A DNA stretch of 64,000 bases from Candidatus Kuenenia stuttgartensis. GTDB lineage: Bacteria > Planctomycetota > UBA11346. The notes under the pieces are model-generated. The model made no database searches. It was not told the origin of the DNA and worked only from the letters and a program-made list of their open reading frames with translations. The position numbers and the translations under genes were made by a program. How positions within the stretch are numbered: position 1 is the stretch's first letter; every line of letters begins with the position of its first letter. The stretch covers positions 3,275-67,274 of the forward strand of contig CAMCMZ010000011.1 in the NCBI GenBank assembly GCA_945876185.1, read 5' to 3'. Below are positions 33,176 through 42,734 of this stretch, one piece after another.

Positions 33176-36100
33176 ATGGGATTCGCCGGAAACCTACGGA
33201 CCTTGTCGCTGGGCGAGGTGCTCCAGACCCTCAACCGCATCCAAGCGACGGGCACCCTGAAGCTCGCGTCGTCGGACGGTGGCCGCGAGGTCTTCTTCGA
33301 CAAAGGCGAAATTATCGGCGTCGGCTACCGGCCCGGATCAGAGCGTCAGGCCCTGCTGCGCCGGCTCATCCTCGAAGGCACGATCTCGCCTGAAGACGCG
33401 GCGAACATCTCGTCTGACGGCCGCGACGACCACATCGTCGCCTCGTTGCTGGACGACGGCATCATCAATCCCGCCGACCTCGCCGAGGCGCAGCACCGCC
33501 AGAGCGAGGACGAACTCTACAACCTGACCACCTGGGAGCACGCCGACTTCGTCTTCCACGACGCCGGGCCAGAAACTCCCGAGGTTGAGGCGCAGATCGC
33601 CTCCGCGCGCACCGTGCCGATGACCATCCCGCTGAATTCGCTCCTGATGGAGGCCGCGCGCCGGCTTGACGAATGGGACCGGCACAAGCTGGTGATCACC
33701 CACGACGAGATCATCTTCGGCCCGGCCGAGGGCCACGAGGCCGACCTGGCCAAGGCGGCCGAGGAATACCCGGCCAAGGCGGTGGTGCCGCTGGTCGATG
33801 CGGTGCGCACGGTGGGCGAGATCATCAGCGACTGCGTCGCGACCCGGCTCGACGTCTACGCGGTACTGGCGGAACTCTACCAGGCAAAACACCTCGCCCT
33901 GCTGTCGCGCGAGGACATCATCTACCATGGCGACTACCTGGTCAGCCAAAGCCTATGGGCGAAGGCGGCCAAGCTCTTCCGTCAGGCCCTGGCCGAGGAC
34001 GCCGCCGACACCGAGACCACCGCCAAGCTGGCGAGCTGCCTGGAAAAAGTAGGCGGCGGTCCCGAGGCCGCCGCGTGCTACGGCCAGCTCGCGCTGGCGC
34101 ACCTGGCTGACAGCCGGCCCGATCAGGCCGCTGATTTGGCGCGCAAGGCGATCAACCTGTCGCCCGACGACCTCCACCTGCGCCTCAGTCTGGTGCGCTG
34201 CCTGCTCGGCCAAGACGACCACGCCGGCGCGATCCTGGAACTGCGCGAACTGGTGGTGCGCTACCAGCACCTCGGCCAACTTGAGGACGCGCGCGGCACC
34301 TGCCTCAAGATCCTCGAAATCGACGGCAAGGACGTGCAGGCCCGGCGCGAACTGGCGCGCATCTATTCCGAGGCTGGCAACGACCCCGACAGCGAGGACG
34401 TGGTGGTCTGCGTCGGCTGTGGCCAGGTCAACCACCGCGAGGCGGCGAATTGCGAGAAATGCAAGGCATCTTTGCACCTGAGCTGCCTGTCGTGCGGCCG
34501 GGTGGTCGGGGTGTCGGACCGCATCTGCATCTTCTGCGGTGCCGATCCGCACAACCGTTCGCAGCGCGGCCAGCGGCGCGAGGCCGGTGGCAGCCCGGCG
34601 ACCTCGCGCGTGATCAGCCCAGAACACGTGCGCAGCGCCGTCGATTCGGCTATCGCCGAGGCCGCAGCCTCGGCGGCGGGTGGAGTAGGTGGAGTGGGCG
34701 CAGTGGGAGGAGGCAGCGGACTCCAGCCCAAGGTGCTGGCCCCGGGGCAGCGATTCCGCAATGAACTCGAAGAAAACATCTCCAAGTCCAGCCTGGCCGA
34801 GGCCGAGGGCGACGTGCAGCTTGCGCTCGACCACTGGAAGGCCGTGGTCAAGATCCAGCCGGAAAGCCCCGAAGTGCAGGCGCGCCTGCGCCATCTCGAG
34901 GCGCTGGTCCACGACGTCTACATCGAAAAAGAGATCGAACGCGGGCACCAGCTCAAACGGGTGCGCCGGCTATGGGCGGCCAGCAAGGCCTATCGCAACG
35001 CCCTGTCCGGCCTGACCAGCGACGACCCACGCGTGCCGCGCCTGCGCGAGATCCTCGCCGCGACGGTGCGCAACCAGCAGATCATTGCCGTGGTCTATGC
35101 CGCCGGATTCCTGGTCCTGCTCGCCGGGGCCTATGTGGTGGCCAAGCCCTACCAGGTCATGCGCAACTTCCGGCGCGACGTGACCGAGGTCGAGGCTTGG
35201 GTAAGCGAACGTGAAAATCTTGACGCCCGCTCGTTGATCGGCACCAAAGGCGACGTCGACCGCATCCTCGACGCCGCAGAGAAGCTGCCGTCGAGTAAGC
35301 GGACCGAGGGCAAGCGCCTGGCCGATGATCTCGAAGCGCGCTTCCGCATCGCCCGAATCAGGAAGGCCGCCGCCGCACGCGAGGACATCGGCAAGAGCCT
35401 CGACCGCGAGGATCTGGTCAAGGCGGCGCAGGGCCTGCACGAGTACCGCCAGGTCTTCAAGGACGAGGGGGGATCGCCGGCGATCATCCACCTCGGTGAA
35501 CGCCTGACCGCCCTCAATACCCAGCGATCGTCCCGCGAGACGCAGCTCCAAGACGCCCCGGTGCGCCTCGCCGCGGCAGAGGTCTCTGAGCAGGAGGGCC
35601 GCCTGGCCAAGGCGTTGTCCGACTACCGCGGCCTGAGCCAGAGCATCAGCCCTGAGGTCGCCGTGAAGGCGAAGGAATCGGCGGTTCGACTTGAGACGCT
35701 GGAGCGCGCGTTCCTCCAGGAATGGAAGAACGTCCTCGCCGGCACCGACCTGACCCGGATCGCCGCCGCCCTCGACGGGCTGGAGCCCAAGGCGAAGCAG
35801 TGGGCGCGCAGCGAAGAACTGGCGGCCCGGCGGGCCGAGGTGAAGCGGCGCCTGGATGGCGCTGCCAGCGCATTCCTCCTCCTGGCCGACAGCAACGATC
35901 CCGCCAGCCTTGAGACGTTCATCACCGCCCATGCCGGGACGCCGCAGGTCGAACCGGCGCGCACGAAGCTCGCCGCCCTGCGTCTGCGCGGCCAGGTGCG
36001 GGACCAGGCGGTCGCACGGTTCAACGGGTTGATGGAGCAGAAAGAGTGGGAAAAAGCCTGGCAGGCCGGGCGCGACCTGATCGCCACCCACGGTTCCGCC

Positions 36101-37360
36101 CTGCCCGCAGGAAGCGTCAAACTGCCGCTCGTGATCGAATGCTTCCCGCCCGGAGCAACCGTCAGGCTGGATGGCAGGAACCTCGGCCCGGCGCCGGTGG
36201 TGGTTACTTACTCGCCCGCCTCGCCCACCTCGCCCGGTGCGACGGGAGCGACCGGCACGGTCACCCTGGAACTGTCTGGGTTCATCCCGATCAGCCGGCC
36301 GCTCGCGGAACTGACGACAGCCTGGCGAACCAGCGCGGTCCTCGTGCGCCAGTCGCGCTGGAAGACCGACCTCGGCAAGCCGGCGTTCCTCGCCCATCCG
36401 CTCGCGCTTCCCAACGCAAACAGCGGTCTGCTGATCAGTTCGGGCGAGGCGCTCTGCCTGCTCGACGTGGCAGGAACGGTGCAGTGGCGCGTCAGCCTGG
36501 GTGGCGACGAGCTCTCCGATCCGGGCCGCAGCCGCTACCAGCACGTGCCCGTCCTCCTGCCCGATGGTCGTCTGGTGGTAGGTGCGCCGGGGCGCGGAGT
36601 GGTGATCCTCGACCGCAACGGCCGTGAACTGCACCGCCAGTCCACCACGGCCCAGGTGCGTGGCCGGCCGCTGGTCTACGTCAACGATTCCTTCGGACCC
36701 GGACAGCGCCTCGCCTATGCCGCCGAAAGCGTTTCCAGCGGCGAACTCGGATCAGCTCCGACGTTCCGCTTTCCGCTCGACCGGCCGGCGCTCGCCGGCC
36801 CGCTCGCGATCACGCGCGGTCTGGACCAGATCCTGGTGGTGGTCACGGTCGACTGCCAGGTCATCGGTCTGGTCGAACTTGCCTCGACGAAACGGCCGGT
36901 CTGGAGCCTGAACCTGCAGGCCGGCGAGGTCGGCCAGCTGAATCCGCTTGGCAACGACGGGGCGCTGGCCGTGCTTGATGGCAGCCGCCTGGTCTGCCTG
37001 CAACTGCGCCCCGATGGGGCCAGCATCCGCTGGAGCCAGCAGCTGTCGGCCCCGGCGGTTGGCGAGCCGGCGGTCGCCAACGGCATCGTCTACCTCGCCG
37101 GCGGCCGGCGGGTGGAACGCATCGGCGTCGATGGTGGTCCGCTCGAATCGCTCCTGCTGCCTGCGCCCGCCTCGTCCCCTGCGGCCGCCCGTGACAACGT
37201 GGTCGCGGTCGGCTGCACCGATGGCACCCTCGCAGTCTTCCGTGCGGGCAAGCCGGCCTGGACGACGCCGTGCGGTGCCGCCGTCACCACCGTCGCGGTG
37301 ACCGCCGAGGCCGTCGTCGCCGGCCTGGCGAACGGCCAGGTCGTGGCATATTCCCCCTGA
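33176..37360 (+). CDS. Giant membrane protein: DUF4388(PATAN-like)-TPR-double zinc ribbon-TM-coiled coil-PEGA-beta-propeller
   Basis: The N-terminus MGFAGNLRTLSLGEVLQTLNRIQATGTLKL...VFFDKGEIIGV fits the DUF4388 pattern. TPR-like repeats follow, then CVGCG..CEKC..CLSCG..CIFCG (~34400-34560). The TM helix is IIAVVYAAGFLVLLAGAYVV (~35081-35150). A PEGA-like segment LPLVIECFPPGATVRLDGRNLGPAP lies at ~36121. The C-terminal PQQ/BamB-like repeats end ...ANGQVVAYSP. Confidence 0.8.
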   Translation: MGFAGNLRTLSLGEVLQTLNRIQATGTLKLASSDGGREVFFDKGEIIGVGYRPGSERQALLRRLILEGTISPEDAANISSDGRDDHIVASLLDDGIINPADLAEAQHRQSEDELYNLTTWEHADFVFHDAGPETPEVEAQIASARTVPMTIPLNSLLMEAARRLDEWDRHKLVITHDEIIFGPAEGHEADLAKAAEEYPAKAVVPLVDAVRTVGEIISDCVATRLDVYAVLAELYQAKHLALLSREDIIYHGDYLVSQSLWAKAAKLFRQALAEDAADTETTAKLASCLEKVGGGPEAAACYGQLALAHLADSRPDQAADLARKAINLSPDDLHLRLSLVRCLLGQDDHAGAILELRELVVRYQHLGQLEDARGTCLKILEIDGKDVQARRELARIYSEAGNDPDSEDVVVCVGCGQVNHREAANCEKCKASLHLSCLSCGRVVGVSDRICIFCGADPHNRSQRGQRREAGGSPATSRVISPEHVRSAVDSAIAEAAASAAGGVGGVGAVGGGSGLQPKVLAPGQRFRNELEENISKSSLAEAEGDVQLALDHWKAVVKIQPESPEVQARLRHLEALVHDVYIEKEIERGHQLKRVRRLWAASKAYRNALSGLTSDDPRVPRLREILAATVRNQQIIAVVYAAGFLVLLAGAYVVAKPYQVMRNFRRDVTEVEAWVSERENLDARSLIGTKGDVDRILDAAEKLPSSKRTEGKRLADDLEARFRIARIRKAAAAREDIGKSLDREDLVKAAQGLHEYRQVFKDEGGSPAIIHLGERLTALNTQRSSRETQLQDAPVRLAAAEVSEQEGRLAKALSDYRGLSQSISPEVAVKAKESAVRLETLERAFLQEWKNVLAGTDLTRIAAALDGLEPKAKQWARSEELAARRAEVKRRLDGAASAFLLLADSNDPASLETFITAHAGTPQVEPARTKLAALRLRGQVRDQAVARFNGLMEQKEWEKAWQAGRDLIATHGSALPAGSVKLPLVIECFPPGATVRLDGRNLGPAPVVVTYSPASPTSPGATGATGTVTLELSGFIPISRPLAELTTAWRTSAVLVRQSRWKTDLGKPAFLAHPLALPNANSGLLISSGEALCLLDVAGTVQWRVSLGGDELSDPGRSRYQHVPVLLPDGRLVVGAPGRGVVILDRNGRELHRQSTTAQVRGRPLVYVNDSFGPGQRLAYAAESVSSGELGSAPTFRFPLDRPALAGPLAITRGLDQILVVVTVDCQVIGLVELASTKRPVWSLNLQAGEVGQLNPLGNDGALAVLDGSRLVCLQLRPDGASIRWSQQLSAPAVGEPAVANGIVYLAGGRRVERIGVDGGPLESLLLPAPASSPAAARDNVVAVGCTDGTLAVFRAGKPAWTTPCGAAVTTVAVTAEAVVAGLANGQVVAYSP

Positions 37361-37365
37361 ACCTG

Positions 37366-37438
37366 ATCGCTTTCCCGTTTCATCCCCCGTTTCTTCGCCC
37401 GTGTCATCTCCCGCTCCTTCGCCTGTTTTTTTCGCCCG
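37366..37438 (+). repeat. Pyrimidine-rich tract with ~12-nt periodicity between the two giant genes
   Basis: The successive units are cgctttcccg, tttcatcccccg, tttcttcgcccg, tgtcatctcccg, ctccttcgcctg and tttttttcgcccg. The plus strand is almost devoid of purines apart from the terminal g of each unit. Confidence 0.7.
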
Positions 37439-37522
37439 TACTTTTACCAGGCCATCGCTTGTCCTGCCACTGCTCCTACGCTTTCTACGCCGCCTGCATC
37501 TCCTGCCGTCGCTGAGGATCCC

Positions 37523-40500
37523 ATGCTGAACCAGGTCACGGTCGACCACATCCAAACGGTCCACCAAAAGCGTCAGAGCGGCACCCTGTGGGTCGCTGGC
37601 GCCGGATTCCGCATGCGGCTGTGCTTCCAGGACGGCAACCCGGTCGCGATCGACCTCGGACGCGACAAGGAAGCGCTGCTTGCCGACACCTTCCTCGAAT
37701 ACCACAAGATCCAACCCGAACTGCACCGCATGCTTGGCGATGTGCTCGCCTCGGCCAAGGGCGGCGAGCATCATTCCCCGGTCACCGAATTCATCCGCCA
37801 GCAGCAGGCCGCCAGCGATGAGGAGATCACCCAGATTTTGCAGGCGATGGTCGAGGAAGCGCTTGTGCGCATTCTCACCGGCGAGGTCAAAACCATCCAT
37901 TTCAGCCCTGGCGAAGGCATCGAGGCCTTCGACTTCGAGCACAGCTCCTTGCGCATGCGCCTCGATACCAAGGTGCTGCTGAGCACGGTCGGCGCGCGGG
38001 TCGCCGAGGACGACGCCACCCGAACCGCCATCGGCACGGGGGCCAGCATCTTCATGCTCGCCGAGGTCGAGCACCCCTCCGCTAACCTGACGGTGTGGGA
38101 CAAAGGCGTCCTCGAATGGATCGATGGCCAGCGTACGGTCGACGACATCGCCACCGGCCTGCGTGAGCACACCATCCAGGTCGGCCACGTCCTGCGCCAG
38201 CTCGCCGCCAAGGGCATCATCCGACGGCAAGCGAGCACCAGTACCCGTGCACGTTTCTCGTTCGAGCAGACCCGCCCCAGTGCTGAGCCGTCAACGGCGG
38301 CGCGCGGAACCGCACCGGCGGCCGTGCCGGTCGCTCCCCCGCGGCCCGCCAGGCGTTCGCGCCCCCTGCTGGTGATCAGCTTGATCTTCATCCTCTTCCT
38401 TGCGGCCGGGGTGTGGTATTTGGTGAAGGAGTCCAAGGAGCGTGAAAGCGCGATCGAACGTCTGAACGCCGATGTCCGTTCCGCGATCGCCAGCCGCAAC
38501 TGGGACGGCAGCCGGACCCTGGTCAGCGAGGCAGAGCAGAAAGCAGGCTCCGACGTGGTGGCCAAAGAGCGCATCAAGAAGCTCCAGGCCGAGATCCAGA
38601 CGGCGCTCGCCAAGGAGACCGAGGAGATCCGCAAAGCCATTGCCGCAGATGATTTCGCCATCAAGACGCGCATCGATTCCCTGCCGGCCGAACTCGCAAG
38701 CGCACTCCAGGGCGAGCTTGCGGCCGAGAAGGAACGATTCGGCAAGCGCAGCGACAGCCTTGCCAACCAGGCCGACCAGGCCCTCGCCCACGATGGCCAT
38801 GCCGAGGTCGCGGCGCTGATCGCCGCCAATCCGGGCGCGGTGTCGGGCGAGGCCGCGAAGCGGCTGGAGAACTGGCGCACCTCGCGCCTGGGCCAGGCCG
38901 CCGCCGCCGGGCCGCTCGCGCGCCGCAGCGCCGCCATGGCTCTGGTCAAGGCGTCGAATCCGCGCCCGCATGAAAAGCAGCGCCTGACGGACATCGAACA
39001 GGACATCAACCGCCTCTACAACCGCACCGCCGACGATTTCCGCCGCCTGCGCACCGACGCCGATGCCGGCGCCTGGAAATCGGTGCTCGACGAGACCAGC
39101 CAGAGCGGTCTCGCCGACCTGGTGAAGGGCACCACCTTCGACAACGATCTCGCCGCCCTGCGCAAACGCTGCGACGGCGTGCGCGACGAACTGGCCGCCT
39201 ACCTTGATGGCCTGCCCGAGGTCGTGGCGAACGGTTCCGCCAAGCCTTTGGCCGACCGGCTTGCCGCAGGGGAAAAACTCAGCGCCACCTATCCCAAGGC
39301 CGCGAACGCCGCCGAAATCACGGGATCGGTCGACGTGCTGCGTCGCCTGGGCGAGATCCTGGGCAAGGCCACCGCCGCCGATCAGGTCAACGCGATCGAT
39401 CTCTGGCTGAAGGATGCGAAACTTGGTGAAGTCCTGACTGCGGCGGTAACTCGGAGGCGCGACGAACTCAAGGGCCTGGAGGCCTCGGCGCAGGCGAACC
39501 TCGAATCCGCACGTCGCCTGGTGGTGCAGAACGACCTCGACGGCGCATTCAAGGCGCTGGAGGCGTTCTTGTCCCGGCCCGAGATTCGCATCACCTCTTC
39601 TCGCGCGGCGGCGGAACAGCTCATCGCCGAGGTCAAGGCGCAGTTGGATGCGCGCAGCCGCAAGAACACAGATCTTGAAGCAGCGCTGAAGGCCGGCGAC
39701 ATCGCCAAGGCGCGCGCCCTGGCGGCCGAACTCGGCCAGAAAGATTTGCCGCTCCAGGTCGACAGCACCCCGGCCGGGGCCGAGATCCACCGCGACGGCA
39801 AGCTGATCGGGCGCACCCCGCTCGTCCTGCGCCTGTCGGCGGGTGAACGCAACGAGACCGTGTTCGAGATCAGGCTGAACGGCTATGTGCCCAAGCGCCT
39901 GCAAGGATCGAAAGCAGAGGACGGCTGGCGCCTGCGCGCGGCGCTCGAACGATCGCCCTCGGCCAGCACCGATCTCAAGACCGCGCTCAGTGCCAAACCG
40001 GCGGTTGTCGACGAGCGGGTCTGGCTTGCGGGCAATTCCCTCATCGCCTCGGTGGGCGTTGACGGCCAGGTCGTGCGCTTCGCCCTCGACTCGGCCGGTG
40101 GCGCGCTGTCGCAACCGGTCTATGCGGCGGCGGCCAAGCTGTCTGACGGCGTGTATTTTTCGACCCGCAACGGCTTCGCCCTGCGCCTGGCCGCGAACCA
40201 GACCCAGCCCGAACGGGTGGCCCTGGGGGCGCAGAGCGACCTCGCCCCGGTGCTCTACCGCAGCCCGCTGGTCATCGACCGCAACTACCTGATCGCAGCC
40301 GGTACCGACGGCATCCTGCGCGCCGTGAACCTGGCCAAGCCGCTCGACACCTGGGTGGCGACCGCCGGCGATCCGCTCGCCTGCGCGCCAGTCCTGCTGG
40401 GCGAATCGCTGCGCCTGGTCCGCCGCAATGGTCGCCTGGAGGCGCTGTCCGCCGACGACGGCAGGATCCAGGCGCGTGCTGACCTCGGTCAGGCCGTCGT

Positions 40501-40903
40501 CGCCGCCTGGGCCACGCCCAAAGGCTTGGCGGGCTACAGTGCCAACACCCTGTGGACCTGGGAGGACGAAAAACCTGAACGCGAGGAGTTGCCCGCCACT
40601 CCGGCCGTGGGCGGCCCGACCGCCTTCATCAGCAGCGGCGGCCGGGCCTTCATCCGCAACCGGGGCGACGCCGCCAAGCCGTGGATCGAGGCTGAACCCG
40701 GGCGGGTGCTCGACGCCAAGCCCACCGGTGAACCCGTGGCCTGGAACGGCCATGTCGCCGTCGCCACCGGCACCAGCGTCAAGGTGGTCGGGCCGCAGCC
40801 GTTCTCGTGCGAAACCGACGCCGACATGCTCGACCCGGTGGTGCTGAACGGACACCTCGTCATCATCGCCACCAACGGCCGGGTCTGGATCTATAAACCC
40901 TGA
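37523..40903 (+). CDS. Giant membrane protein, architectural paralog: DUF4388-like-TM-long coiled coil-PEGA-beta-propeller
   Basis: The N-terminus is QKRQSGTLWVAGAGFRMRLCFQDGNPVAIDL. The TM helix is LLVISLIFILFLAAGVWYLV (~38366-38430), followed by ~430 aa of Ala/Glu/Lys-rich helices. The PEGA segment is LPLQVDSTPAGAEIHRDGKLIGRTPLVLRL (~39745). The C-terminal beta-propeller-like repeats end ...TNGRVWIYKP. Confidence 0.8.
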   Translation: MLNQVTVDHIQTVHQKRQSGTLWVAGAGFRMRLCFQDGNPVAIDLGRDKEALLADTFLEYHKIQPELHRMLGDVLASAKGGEHHSPVTEFIRQQQAASDEEITQILQAMVEEALVRILTGEVKTIHFSPGEGIEAFDFEHSSLRMRLDTKVLLSTVGARVAEDDATRTAIGTGASIFMLAEVEHPSANLTVWDKGVLEWIDGQRTVDDIATGLREHTIQVGHVLRQLAAKGIIRRQASTSTRARFSFEQTRPSAEPSTAARGTAPAAVPVAPPRPARRSRPLLVISLIFILFLAAGVWYLVKESKERESAIERLNADVRSAIASRNWDGSRTLVSEAEQKAGSDVVAKERIKKLQAEIQTALAKETEEIRKAIAADDFAIKTRIDSLPAELASALQGELAAEKERFGKRSDSLANQADQALAHDGHAEVAALIAANPGAVSGEAAKRLENWRTSRLGQAAAAGPLARRSAAMALVKASNPRPHEKQRLTDIEQDINRLYNRTADDFRRLRTDADAGAWKSVLDETSQSGLADLVKGTTFDNDLAALRKRCDGVRDELAAYLDGLPEVVANGSAKPLADRLAAGEKLSATYPKAANAAEITGSVDVLRRLGEILGKATAADQVNAIDLWLKDAKLGEVLTAAVTRRRDELKGLEASAQANLESARRLVVQNDLDGAFKALEAFLSRPEIRITSSRAAAEQLIAEVKAQLDARSRKNTDLEAALKAGDIAKARALAAELGQKDLPLQVDSTPAGAEIHRDGKLIGRTPLVLRLSAGERNETVFEIRLNGYVPKRLQGSKAEDGWRLRAALERSPSASTDLKTALSAKPAVVDERVWLAGNSLIASVGVDGQVVRFALDSAGGALSQPVYAAAAKLSDGVYFSTRNGFALRLAANQTQPERVALGAQSDLAPVLYRSPLVIDRNYLIAAGTDGILRAVNLAKPLDTWVATAGDPLACAPVLLGESLRLVRRNGRLEALSADDGRIQARADLGQAVVAAWATPKGLAGYSANTLWTWEDEKPEREELPATPAVGGPTAFISSGGRAFIRNRGDAAKPWIEAEPGRVLDAKPTGEPVAWNGHVAVATGTSVKVVGPQPFSCETDADMLDPVVLNGHLVIIATNGRVWIYKP

Positions 40904-40915
40904 TCCCAGCATGGC

Positions 40916-40941
40916 GAAAACCATATAAATTGATGGTTTTC
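40916..40941. promoter_or_regulatory. AT-rich 9-bp inverted repeat in the cysH upstream region (weak terminator or operator candidate)
   Basis: The sequence is gaaaaccat-ataaattg-atggttttc. It lies 13 nt after the giant-gene stop and 47 nt before the cysH ATG, in the most AT-rich intergenic stretch of this part of the window. Confidence 0.35.
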
Positions 40942-40987
40942 CAGGCGTCTTATTGACTGAAATTTCCTTCGTTATATTGAAGGGGCG

Positions 40988-41737
40988 ATGACCACTCCCC
41001 CTTCCCTTGCCGCCGACCTGGCCCAGGTCGCAGGCGCCGCGCCGGAAAGGATCCTGGCCTGGGCGGCCGAGCGCTTCCCCGGTCGGGTGGCCTTCGCGAG
41101 CAGCCTCGGCATCGAGGATCAGGTCGTCGTCCACCACATCGCTACCGCCGGCCTGCCGATCCCGGTGTTCACCCTCGACACCGGTCGGCTGTTCCCTGAG
41201 ACCTACGACCTGATCGCGGCAACGCGCGAGCGCTATGGCCTGCCGATCCGGGTGTATTCGCCCGAAGCGGCAGCGGTCGAGACGCTGGTGAACGAGCACG
41301 GCGTCGATTGCTACCGGCAGTCGGTCGACCTGCGCAAGACCTGCTGCGGCGTGCGCAAGCTCCAGCCGCTCAAACGCGCGCTGGCCGGGCTGGAGGCCTG
41401 GATCTGCGGCCTGCGCCGGGGCCAGGGTCCGACCCGCGCCGAGGTTCAGGAACTCGAATGGGATGCGGGCAATCGCCTCATCAAAATCAACCCGCTTGCT
41501 GGCTGGGATGCGGAGCGCGTGCGCGCCTTCGCGCTTGAGCACGGCGTGCCAGTGAATCCGCTGCACGCGCGCGGGTTTCCGTCGATCGGCTGCGCCTGCT
41601 GCACCCGCGCCATCGAACCCGGCGAAGACGAACGCGCCGGGCGCTGGTGGTGGGAACTGCCGGAACAAAAGGAATGCGGCCTGCATTTCAAGGATGGCAA
41701 GCTGGTGCGTGCGAAAACCCTGGAAACCAAACCATGA
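40988..41737 (+). CDS. cysH: Adenylylsulfate (APS)/PAPS reductase, thioredoxin-dependent, Fe-S type
   Basis: The KECGLH C-terminal motif is present, plus the cysteine set RKTCCGVRK and SIGCACCT (CC...CxxC) that is characteristic of bacterial APS reductases. Confidence 0.85.
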   Translation: MTTPPSLAADLAQVAGAAPERILAWAAERFPGRVAFASSLGIEDQVVVHHIATAGLPIPVFTLDTGRLFPETYDLIAATRERYGLPIRVYSPEAAAVETLVNEHGVDCYRQSVDLRKTCCGVRKLQPLKRALAGLEAWICGLRRGQGPTRAEVQELEWDAGNRLIKINPLAGWDAERVRAFALEHGVPVNPLHARGFPSIGCACCTRAIEPGEDERAGRWWWELPEQKECGLHFKDGKLVRAKTLETKP

Positions 41738-42687
41738 CGGCTGTTGCTGCCCCTTCCCCTGCTTCCGCCCCACCCGCGACGACCATGGATCAGCTCGACC
41801 AGTTGGAGGCGCAGAGCGTCTACATCCTGCGCGAGGCCTACCGCCACTTCGAGCGTTTGTGCATGCTCTGGTCGATCGGCAAGGATTCGACCGTGATGCT
41901 GTGGCTGGCGCGCAAGGCCTTCTTCGGGCACGTGCCGTTCCCGCTCATGCACATCGACACCAGTTACAAGCTGCCCGAGATGATCGCCTACCGCGACCGT
42001 CTCGCGCGCGAGTTTAATCTGCGCATGATCGTCGGCGCCGACGCTGCTGCCGTGAAGGAAGGACGCACCTTTCCGCTCACCCAGCACCTGCCGGACGGCG
42101 ACCCGCGCAAGCTCACCCGCGTCCAGTGCTGCGGCATCCTCAAGCGCGACGCGCTCAATTCGACCCTGTCGGGTGAACGCCAGCGCCAGCGCCTGAACCT
42201 GACCACCGGCGTCTATGAGCCCGATCCGGATCGCGAACCCTACCACGGCGTCATCGCCGGCGTGCGCGCCGATGAAGAAGGCAGCAGATCGAAGGAGCGC
42301 TATTTCTCGCCGCGCGACAAATCCGGCACTTGGGACGTGGGCGACCAGCCGCCTGAGTTCTGGAACCAGTTCAAGACCGACTACGCGCCCGGCACCCACG
42401 TCCGCATCCATCCGCTGCTCGATTGGACGGAATTGACCATCTGGGAATACATCAAACGCGAGAACATCCCGGTGGTGTCGCTGTATTTCGACCAGGGCCA
42501 GGGCACCCGCTACCGCTCGCTCGGCTGCGGTCCCTGCCAGTCGCCGATACGGTCGAACGCCAAAAACCTCGATGATGTGATCGCTGAACTGAAATCCGGT
42601 CAGTTGCGCAGCATCGCCGAACGTTCGGGCCGTTTGCAGGATGGTAAACACGGGTTGGAGGAATTGCGGCGTGAAGGCTACATGTAG
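41734..42687 (+). CDS. cysD: Sulfate adenylyltransferase subunit 2
   Basis: Segments [47 protein letters not shown] and [10 protein letters not shown] fit CysD. The ATG overlaps the cysH stop (ATGA). Confidence 0.9.
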   Translation: MTAVAAPSPASAPPATTMDQLDQLEAQSVYILREAYRHFERLCMLWSIGKDSTVMLWLARKAFFGHVPFPLMHIDTSYKLPEMIAYRDRLAREFNLRMIVGADAAAVKEGRTFPLTQHLPDGDPRKLTRVQCCGILKRDALNSTLSGERQRQRLNLTTGVYEPDPDREPYHGVIAGVRADEEGSRSKERYFSPRDKSGTWDVGDQPPEFWNQFKTDYAPGTHVRIHPLLDWTELTIWEYIKRENIPVVSLYFDQGQGTRYRSLGCGPCQSPIRSNAKNLDDVIAELKSGQLRSIAERSGRLQDGKHGLEELRREGYM

Positions 42688-42734
42688 CCTGGGACTGCCC
42701 ACCTTTCGTTGCCCAAAAGCCCAGAAAAAGATCC

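Noticed and set aside
37366-37438. I checked the tandem and periodic repeats (37366-37438, 56105-56230, 12121-12156, 16944-16975) as possible CRISPR arrays.
   Set aside because: There is no repeat-spacer alternation of 25-40 nt units. The copies are directly adjacent or only 2-6 units long, and there are no cas genes.
40953-40978. A promoter-like TTGACT followed by TATATT upstream of cysH.
   Set aside because: The spacer is only 14 nt, and the implied transcription start would fall on or after the GAAGGGG ribosome-binding site. I keep it only as an AT-rich regulatory region.
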